This document shows, one piece after another, positions 54,101 to 64,000 of a DNA stretch of 64,000 nt. Each line of letters opens with the position of its first letter. The stretch's first letter is position 1. The notes beneath the pieces were generated by a model, which ran no database searches, was not told the origin of the DNA, and worked only from the letters and a program-made list of their open reading frames with translations. Source of the DNA: the human T2T-CHM13v2.0 reference genome, Homo sapiens; assembly GCF_009914755.1 (NCBI RefSeq), contig NC_060936.1. One strand, 5' to 3'. The translations under genes and the position numbers were made by a program.

Positions 54101-57100
54101 ACTAGACAGAAGCTTTCTGAGAAACTGCTTTGTGATGTGTCCATTCAAGTCACAGAATTAAACCTTTCTTTTCATTGAGCAGTGTGGAAATACTGTTTTC
54201 CTAACACCTGCAAAGGGATATTTCAATGCGCATTGAGGCCTCTTGTGAAAATGGAATTATCTTCCAATACAAACTAGAAAGAAAATTTCTGAAAAACTGC
54301 TTTGTGCTGTGTGCATTCATCTCACAGAGTTAAGCATTTCTTTTGATTCAGCAGTTTGGAAACACTGTTTTCATAGAATCTGCAAAGGGATACTTGGAGA
54401 TCATTGAGGCCAAAGGTGAAAAAGGAAATATCTTCTGGTACAAGCTAGAAAGATGCTTTCTGAGCAGTTTCTTTGTGATGTGTTGATTAATCTCATAGAG
54501 TTAAACCACTCTTCTGATTGAGCATTTTGGAAACACTGTTTTTGTAGTACCTGCCAAGGGATATTGGGCAGCACTTTGAGTCTTAAGGTGAAAAAGGGAA
54601 TATCTTCACATAAAAACTAAAAAGAGGCATTCTGAGAAACTGCTTTGTTATGTGTGCCTTCATCTCACAGAGTTAAACCTCTCTTTTGACTTAGCAGTTT
54701 GGAAACACAGTGTTTATAGAATCTGCAAAGGGATATTTGGGAGTGCCTTGAGGCCTATGGTGAAAAAGGAAACATCTTCACATAAAAAGTAGAAAGAAGC
54801 TTTCTGACAAACTGCTTTGTGATATTTGCATTCATCTCACAGAGTTAAACTGTTGTTTTTATGGGGCAATTTGGAAGGACAGATTTTCTAGAATCTGTGA
54901 TGTGATATTTGGCAGAACATTGAGGCCTATGATGAAAAGGATGTATATCTGCAGACACAAACTAGACAGAAGCATTCTGAGAAACTGCTTTTTGATGTGT
55001 GCATTCATGTCACAGAGTTAATCCTTTCTTTTGTTTTAGCAGTTTGGAAAGACCATTTTTCTAGTAACTTCAAAGGGATATTTGGGAGCGCATTGAGGCC
55101 TGTGGTGAAACAGAAATATCTTCCGATACAAACTAGACAGAAGCTTTCTGAGAAACTGCTTTGTGATGTGTGCATTCATTTGAGGGAGTTAAACCTTTGT
55201 TTTGATTGAGCAGTTTGGAAACACTGTTTTTGTCGAATCTGCAAAGGGATGTTGGGTAGTCCTTTGATTCTTAAGGGGAAAAAGGGAATATCTTCACATA
55301 AAAACTAGACAGAAGGTTTCTGAGAAACTGCTTTGTGGTGCATGCATTCATCTCACAGAGGTAAATCTTTCTTTTGATTAAGCAGTTTGGAAACACTGTT
55401 TTTGTAGAATCTGCAAAGGGATATTTGGGACCCCATTGATTCTTACGGTGAAAAAGGAAATATCTTCACAAAAAACAAGAAAGGAGCTTTCTGAGAAACT
55501 GCTTTGTGATATGTGCATTCGTCTCACAGAGTTTAATCTTTATTTTGATGGAACAATTTGGAAACACAGTTTTGGTAGAATATGCAAAGGGATATTTTTT
55601 AGAGCATCGAGGCCTATGTGAAAAAGGGTATATATCTTCAGATATAAACTACACAGAAGCATTCTGAAAAACTGGTTTGTGATATGTGCATTCATCTCTC
55701 AGCGTTAATCCTGTTTTTGATTTAGCAATTTAGAAAGTCTGTTCTTCTAGAATCTGCAAAGGGATATTTAGGAGTGCATTGAGCCTGTGTTGAAAAAGGA
55801 AATATATTTTGAGACAAACTAGAAAGAAAGTTTCTGAGAAACTGCTTTGTGATTTGTGTATTCATCTCATGGAGTAAAAACTTTCTTTTGATTGAGCATT
55901 TTGGAAAGAAAGTTTTTCTAGAAACTGCAGAGGGATATTTGGGAGCAGACTGAGGCCTGTGGTGAAAAAGGAAATATCTTCCGATACGAACTAGACAGAA
56001 GCTTTCTGAGAAACTGCTTTGTGATGTATGCATGCACGTCACAGAGCTAAACCAGTCTTCTTATTGAGCAGTTTTGAAACACGGTTTTGTAGAATCTGCA
56101 AAGTGATATTTTGTAGCTCTATGAGTCTTAAGGTGAAAAAGAAAAATTCTTCACATAAAAACTAGAAAGAATCTTTCTGAGAAACTGCTTTGTGATATGT
56201 GCATTCATCTCTCAGAGTTAAACCTTTCTTTTGGTAGAGCCATTTGGAAAAACTGTTTTTGTAGAATCTGTGAAGAGATATTTGGCAGTGCATTGAGGCC
56301 TATTGTGAAAAGGATATATATCTTCCGATAACAACTAGACAGAAGCATTCTGAGAAACTGCAGTGAGATATTTGCATTCATAGCACAGAGTTAAACCTTT
56401 CTTTGATTGAGCAGTTTGGAAATACTGTTTTTGTAGAATCTGCAAAGGGATATTTGGGAGCACCACAAGGCCTATTGTGAAAAAGGAAATACCTTCACAT
56501 AAAAACTAGAAAGAAGCTTTCTGAGAAACTTCTGTGTGTTTTGTCCATTCATCTCATAGACTTAAATATTTCTTCTGATTCAGCGGTTTCAAAACACGGT
56601 TTTTGAAGATTGTTTGAATGCAAATTTGGGAGCACATGGAGACCTACTGTTAAAAACGAAATACCTTCTGATACAAACTAGACAGAAGCTTTCTGACAAA
56701 CTGCTTTGTGATGTGTGCATTCATCTTAGAGTTAACACTTTCTTTTGATTGAGCAGTTTGTAAACACTGTTTTTACAGAATCTGTGAAGGAAAACGGGAG
56801 TGCATTGAGGCCTATGGCAAAAAAGGAAAAATCTTCAAATAAAATCTAGGAAGAAAGTTTCTGAGCAACTGCTTTGTGATGTGTGCATTTATCTCACAGA
56901 GATAAACTTTTCTTTTCATTGACTAGTTTGGAAACACTGTTTTTGTAGAATCTCCAAAGGCAAATTTTGGATCCCATTGAGTCTTATGTTGAAAAAGGAA
57001 ATATCTTCACATAAAGACAAGAAAGAAGCATTCTGAGAAACTGCTTTGTGATATGTGCATTTATCTCACAGAGTTAAAACTTTTTTTGATTGTGTAGTTT

Positions 57101-60100
57101 GGAAACACTGTTTTTGTAGAATCTGTGAAGGGATATTTTGGAGGGCTTTGAGGCCTAATGTGAAAAAGAATACATATTCAGATACAAACTAGAGAGAAGC
57201 TTTCTGAGAAACTTCTGGGTGATGTGAGCATTCATCTCACATAGTTAAACTTTTCTTTTGATTGAGCAATTTGAAGCCACTGTTTTTGTAGAATCTGCAA
57301 AGTGTTATTTGGGAGCTCATTGATTCTTAAGGTGAAAAAGGAAATATCTTCACATTAAAACTAGAAAGAAGCTTTCTGAGAAACTGCTTTGTGATGCGTG
57401 CATTCGTATAACAGAGTTAAATCATTCTTTTGATTTAGCAATTTGGAAACACTGTTTTTGTAGCATCTGGGAAGGTATATTTGGGAGCACATTGAATCCT
57501 TGGGTGAAAAAGGGAATATCTACAGAAAAAAGCTAGGCAGAAGCTTTCTGAGAAACTTCTTTTTGATGTATACATTCATCTCACAGAATTAAACGTTTAT
57601 TTTCATTGAGCACTTTCTAACACTGTTTTTCTATAATCTGCAAAGGGTTACCTTAGAGGGCACTGGGGTCTATGGTGAAAAAGGAAATTTTTTCAGATAC
57701 AAACTGGACAAGAGCTTTCTGAGAACCTGCAATGTGATGTGTGCATTGATCTTATAGAGTTAAAACTTACTTTTGATTTTGCGGTTTGGAAACATTGCTT
57801 TTGTAGAATCTGTGAAGTGATATTTCAGGGCACTTTGAGGCCTGTGGTGAAAAAGGAATATCTTCAGATTCAAAACAGACAGAATCATATTGAGAAACTG
57901 CTTTGTGATGTGTGCATTCATCTCACGGAGTTGATCCTTTCTATTGATTAAGCAGTTTGGAAAGACTGTTTTTCTAGAATCTGCAAAGGGATATTTGGGA
58001 GTGAATAGAGTCCTATGGTGAAAAAGGAAATAACTTCAGATACAAACTAGAAAGAAAGTTTCTAAGAAACTCCTTTGTGATGTGTGCATTTATCTCACAG
58101 TTAAACCTTTCTTTTGATGGAGGAGTTTGGAAACACTGATTTTCTAGAATCTGTGAAGGGAAAATTGGGAGTGCTTTGAGATCTATGGTGAAAAAGTAAA
58201 TATCTTCCAATACAAACTTCACAGAAGCTTTCTGAAAAACTGCTTCCTGATGTGTGCATTAATCTCACAGAGTTAAACCTTTCTTTTGATTGAGCAATTT
58301 GGAACCACTGTTTTTGTTGAATCTGCAAAGGGATATTTGGGAGCCCATTGATTCTTAAGGTGAAAAAGGAAATATCTTCACATAAAATGTAGAAAAACCT
58401 TTCATAGAAACTGCTTTGTGATGTGTGCATTCATCTCACAGAGCTAAACCTTTCGTTTGATTGAGAAGTTTGGAAACAGTGTTTTTGTAGAATCCATGAA
58501 GGGATATTTGGGAGTGCACTGATGCCTGGGGTGAAAAGAGAAATATCTTCAGAGAAAAATCAGAAAGAAGCTTTATGAGAAAGTGCAATGTGATATGAGT
58601 ATTGATCTCATAGGGTTAAAACTTTCTTTTGATTGTGCAGTTTGAAAACACTGTTTTTTGTAGAATCTGTGAAGGGATATTTGGGAGTGCATTGAAGCCT
58701 ACAGTGAAAAAGGAATATCTTCAGATTCAAAGCAGACCGAAGCTTTCTAAGAAACTGCTTTGTGATGCGTGCATTCATCTCACAGTGTTGATCCTTTCTT
58801 TTGATTACGCCATTTGGAAAGACTGTTTTTCTAGAATCTTCTAGAAGGGGTATTTGGGAGTGCATTGAGGACTATGCTAAAATAAACTATCTTCTGATAC
58901 AGAATAGACAGAAAGTTCTGAAAAACTGCTTTGTGATGTTTGCATTCATCTCACACAGTTAAAGCTTTCTTTTGATTAAGCAGTTTGGAAACTCCGTTTT
59001 TGTAGGATCTGCAAAGGGAAATTTGGGAGTGCAGTGAGGCCTATAGTCATAAAGGAAATACCTTCACTTAAAAAATGGAAAGAAGCTTTCCAAGAAACTG
59101 TTTGTGATGTGTGCATTTATCTCACTGAGTTAAACCATTCCTTCTATTGAGCAGCTTGGAAACACAGTTTTTGCAGTATCTGAGAAGAGATATATGGGAG
59201 TGCATTGAGGCCTATGATGAAAAAGGAAATATCTTGAGACACAAACTTGACAGAAGCTATCTGAGAAACTGCTTGTGATGTGTGCATTCATCTCACAGAG
59301 TTAAACCTTTCTTTTCATTGAGCAGTTTGGAACGACTGTTTTTCTAGAGTCTGCAAAAGGATATTTGCAAGCCCTCTGAGGCCTATGGTGAAAAAGGAAA
59401 TATCTTCCGATACAAACTAGATAGAAAGTTTCTGAGAAATTGCTTTGTTATGTTTGCATGCATCTCACATAGTTAAACCATAATTTTTGATTGAGCCTTT
59501 TGAGGAAACAGTTTTTGTAGAATCTGCAAAGGGATATTTGCAAAGGCTTTGAGGCCTCTGGTGAAAAATGAAATATCTTCGGATACAAACTAGACAGAAG
59601 CTTTCCGAGACACTACTTTGTGATGTATGAATTCATCTCACAGAATTTAACTTTTCTTTTGATTGAACAATTTGGAACCACTGTTTTTGTAGAACGTGGA
59701 AAGAGATATTTGGGAGCCCATTGACTCTTAAGTTGAGAAAGGAAATATCTTCACGTAAAAACAAGAAAGAAGCTTTCTGAGAAACCGTTTTGTGATGTGT
59801 GCATTCACGTCACAAAGTTAAACCTTTCTTTTGATTGAGCAATTTGGGAACACTCTTTTTGTAGAATCCGTGAAGGGATATTTTGGTCTGCCTAGAGGCC
59901 TATGGTGAAAAAGGAAATATCCTCAGATACAAACAATACAGAATTTTCTGAGAATCTGCTCTGTGACACTTGCATTCATCTCACAGAGTTACAACTTTCT
60001 TTAGAATGAGCTGTTTCTAAAACTGTTTTTTCTAGAATCTGCAAATGGCTATTTTGGAGCACTTAGAGGCCAATGGTGAGCAAGGAAATATTGTCAGATA

Positions 60101-63100
60101 CACAATAGACAAAACTTTCTGAGAAACTGCAATATGATGTGTGCATTGGTCTCTAGAGTTAAAACGTTCTATTGATTGTGCAGTTTGAAAACACTTTTTT
60201 TGTAGAATCTGCAAAGGAATATTTAGGAACATTTTGAGGCCTATGGTGAAAAAATAATATATTCCAATCCAAACTAGAAAGAACGCTTTCTGAAAAACTG
60301 CTTTGTGAAGTGTGCATTCATCTGACAGAGTTGAAACGTTCTTTTTGTTGACCAGTTTGGAACCACTCTTTTTTCGGCTCTTCAAAGGGATATTTTGAAA
60401 CCCTTTGAGTCTTACAGTGAAAAAGGAAATATGCTCAACATAAAAACTAGAAAGAAGCTTTCTGAGAAACTGCTTTGTGTTGTGTGCATTCATCTAATAG
60501 AGTTAAACCATTCCTTTGATTGAGCCACTTGTAAACACTGTTTTTGTAGAATCTGCAAAGGTATATTTGGCAGCGCATTGAGCCCTAGGGTGAAAAAGGT
60601 AATATCTACAGATAAAAGCTAGATAGAAGCTTTCTGAGAAACTGCTTTGTGATGTGTGAATTCTTCTCTCAGAATTAAACATTTCTTTTCATTGAGCACT
60701 TTCTAACACTGTTTTTCTATAATCTGTGAAGGGTTACTTTGGAGGGCTTTGGGGCATATGGTGAAAAAGGAAATATTTTCTGATACAAACTAGACAGAAG
60801 CTTTGTCAGATACTTCTTTGTGATGTGTGCATTCATCTCACAGAGTTAAACCTTTCTTGTGATTTAGCAGTTTCCAACACAGTTTTGGTAGAATCTGCAA
60901 AGGGATATTTGGGAGCACATTGAGGCCTATGGTGAAAAAGGAATTATCTTCTAATACAAACTAGACAGAAGCTTTCTGAGAAACTGCTCTGTGATGTGTG
61001 CATTCATCTCACAGAGTTACAACTTTCTTTTGATTGAGCTGTTTCTAAAAATGTTTTTTCTAGAATCTGCAAATGGATATTTTGGAGCACTTAGAGACCA
61101 ATGGTGAACAAGGAAATATTGTCAGATACACAGTAGACAAAACTTTCTGAGAAAGTGCAATATGATGTGTGCATTGATCTCTACAGTTAAAACGTTCTAT
61201 TGATTGTGCAGTTTCAAAAAACTTTTTTTGTAGAATATGCAAAGGAAAATTTAGGAACATTTTGAAGCCTATGGTGAAAAAAGAATAGCTTCCAATTCAA
61301 ACTAGAAAGAACCCCCTTCTGAAAAACTGCTTTGTGATGTGTACATTCATCTGACAGAGTTGAAACATTCTTTTTTTGACCATTTTGGAACCACTTTTTT
61401 TGTAGATTCTTCAGAAGGATATTTTGAAACCCTTTGAGTCTTATGGTGAAAAAGGAAATATGCTCACATAAAAACTAGAAAGAAGCTTTCTGTGAAACTG
61501 CTTTGTGTTGTGTGCATTCATCTAATAGAGTTAAACCATTCCTTTGATTGAGCCACTTGTAAACACTGTTTTTGTAGAATCTGCAAAGATATATTGGCAG
61601 CGCATTGAGCCCTAGGGTGAAAAGGTAATATCTACAGATAAAAGGTAGATAGAAGCTTTCTGAGAAACTGCTTTGTGATGTGTGAATTCTTCTCACAGAA
61701 TTAAACCTTTCTTTTCATTGAGCACTTTCTAACACTGTTTTTCTTTAATCTGTGAAGGGTTACTTTGGAGGGCATTGGGGCATAGAGTGAAAAAGGAAAT
61801 ATTTTCTGATACAAACTAGACAGAAGCTTTGTCAGATACTTCTTTGTGATGTGTGCATTCATCTCGCAGAGTTAAACCTTTCTTGTGATTTAGCAGTTTC
61901 CAACACAGTTTTGGTAGAACCTGCAATGGGATATTTGGGAGCACATTGAGGCCTATGGTGAAAAAGGAATTATCTTCTGATACAAACTAGACAGAAGCTT
62001 TCTGAGAAACTTCTCTGTGATGTGTGCATTCATCTACAGAGTTAAACTTTACTTTTGATTGAGAAATTTGGAACCACTGTTTTTGTAGAATCAGCAAAGG
62101 GATATTTCAGAGCCCATTGATTCTTATGGCGAAAAAGGAAATATCTTCACCTAAAAAGTTAAAAGAAGCTTTCTGAGAAACTGCTTTGTGACGTGTGCAA
62201 TCATCTCACAGAGTTAAACCTTTCTTTTCATTGAGCACTTTCTAATACTGTTTTTCTAGAATATAGAAAGGGATATTTGGGATCGTTTTGAGGCCTATGG
62301 TGAACAAGAAGTTATCTTCTGATACAAACTAAAAAGAAGCATTCTCAGATATTGCTTTGTGATGTCTGCATTCATCTCACAGAGTTAAATGTTTCTTTTC
62401 ATTGAGCACTTTCTAATACTGTTTCTCTAGAATATGGAAAGGGATATTTGGGATCACCTTGAGGCCTATGGTGAACCAGAAAATATCTTCTGATACAAAC
62501 TAGTAGGAAGCATTCTCAGATACTGCTTTGTGATGTCTGCATTCATATCACAGAGTTAAACCTTTCTTGTGATTGAGTAGTTTCAAACACGGTTTTGGTA
62601 GATTCTGAGAGAGGATATTTTGGAGCGCATTGATGCCTATGGTGAAAAAAGAAATACCTTCAGATACAAACTAGATAGAAGCTTTCTGAGAAACTGCTTT
62701 GTGATGTGTACATTCATCTCACAGAGCTAAACCATTCTTTTGATTGAGCAGTTTTGAAACCCTCCTTGTGTAGAATTTTCAAAGCGATATTGGGGAGCCC
62801 TTTGAGTCTTAAGGTGAAAAAAGAAGTATCTTCATATACAAACTAGACCAAAGCTTTCTGAGAAACTGCTTTGTGATGTGTGCATTCATCTCACAGAGTT
62901 AAACCTTTGTTTTGATTGAGCAGTTTCTAACATTGTTTTTCTAGAATCTGTGAGGGGATATTTTGGAGCATTCTGAGCCCTATGGTGAACAAGGAAATAT
63001 CTTCTGTTAACAACTAGAGAAAATCTTTCTGAGAAACTGCAATGTGATGTGTGCATTGATCTCTTAGAGTTAAAACTTTCTTTTGATAAAGCAGTTTGGA

Positions 63101-64000
63101 AAGACTGTTTTTCTAGAATCTGCAAAGGGATATTTGGGAGTGCTCAGAAGCCTATGGTAATATAAACTATCTTCCAGTACAAACTAGAAAGAAAGTTTTT
63201 GAGAAACTGCTTTGTGATATGTGCATTCATCTAACAGAGTTAAACATTTCCTCTTATTGAGCAGCTTTGAAACACTGTTTTTGTAAAATCTGCAACAGTA
63301 TATTTGGGAGCACATTTAGGCCTATAGTTAAAAAGGAAATTTCTTCACTTAAAATCTAGAAAGAAGCCTGTGAGAAACTGCTGTGTGTTGTGTCTATTCA
63401 TCTCACAGAGGTAAACCTTTCTTTTGATTGAGCAGTTTGGAAAGACGGTTTTTCTAGAATCTGTGAAGGGATATTTGGGAGCGCCTTGAGGCTGATGGTG
63501 AACAAGGAAATATCTTCCAATACAAACTAGAAAGAAAGTTTCTGAGAAAATTCTTTGTGATTTATGCATTCATCTGACAGATAAAAGGAAACTGTTTGGA
63601 AACACAGTTTTGCAGTAACTGCGAAGGTATATTTGGGAGAGCTTTGAGGCCTATGGTCAAAAAGGAAATAACAGCAGATACAAACTAGACAGTAGATTTC
63701 TGATACACTCCTTTGTGAGGTGTGCATTCATCTCACTGAGTTAAACCTTTGTTTTCATTAAGCAGTTTGGAAAGAATGTTTTTCTAGAATCTGCAAAGGA
63801 ATATTTGGGAGCGCTTTGAGGCCTATGGTGAAAAAGGAGATATCTTCCTTTACAAACTTGAAAGAGTTTCTGAGAAACTGCTTTGTGATGTGTGCATTCA
63901 TCTCACAGAGTTAAACCATTCTTTTGATTGAGCCCTTTGGAAACACAGTTTTTGTAGAATCTGCGAAGGGATATTTGGGAGTGCTTTGAGACCTACGTTG
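51176..64000. repeat. Monomeric alpha satellite (~75 monomers) with local multimer duplications
   Basis: 171-bp periodicity; pJalpha-type boxes; no CENP-B box seen. Confidence 0.97.

Noticed and set aside
51176-64000. Short ORFs in alpha satellite (also at 498-789, 20-24 kb, 37-43 kb)
   Set aside because: Chance translations of the 171-bp repeat.

Overview
Primate (most likely human) pericentromeric heterochromatin with no intact cellular gene. The backbone is divergent monomeric A-type (pJalpha, no CENP-B box seen) 171-bp alpha satellite in one orientation. It is interrupted by five elements: (i) a ~12.4-kb GC-rich gamma-satellite-like array with a ~188-bp unit (1231-13618); (ii) a full-length antisense L1PA3-like element carrying a ~100-bp 3' transduction (13864-20154); (iii) an old, decayed type-2 HERV-K(HML-2) provirus on the minus strand (25120-34784); (iv) a 5'-inverted (twin-primed) L1PA2-like element (35002-37211); (v) a full-length sense L1PA4-like element (45044-51175). 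The most notable observation is that the provirus env carries an inverted ~410-bp alpha-satellite insert that appears copied from 21217-21628 of this same window, with a duplicated junction. The provirus also lacks a target-site duplication, and its two LTRs are very divergent. Both satellites show relic multi-monomer periodicities (6-mer and 11-mer in alpha; a ~16-unit offset in gamma). The gamma-like unit has phased CTCF-like motifs and motifs collinear with alpha. I found no new protein-coding system: ORFs in the satellites are artefacts and all retroelement ORFs are disrupted. Identities quoted are by-eye estimates.
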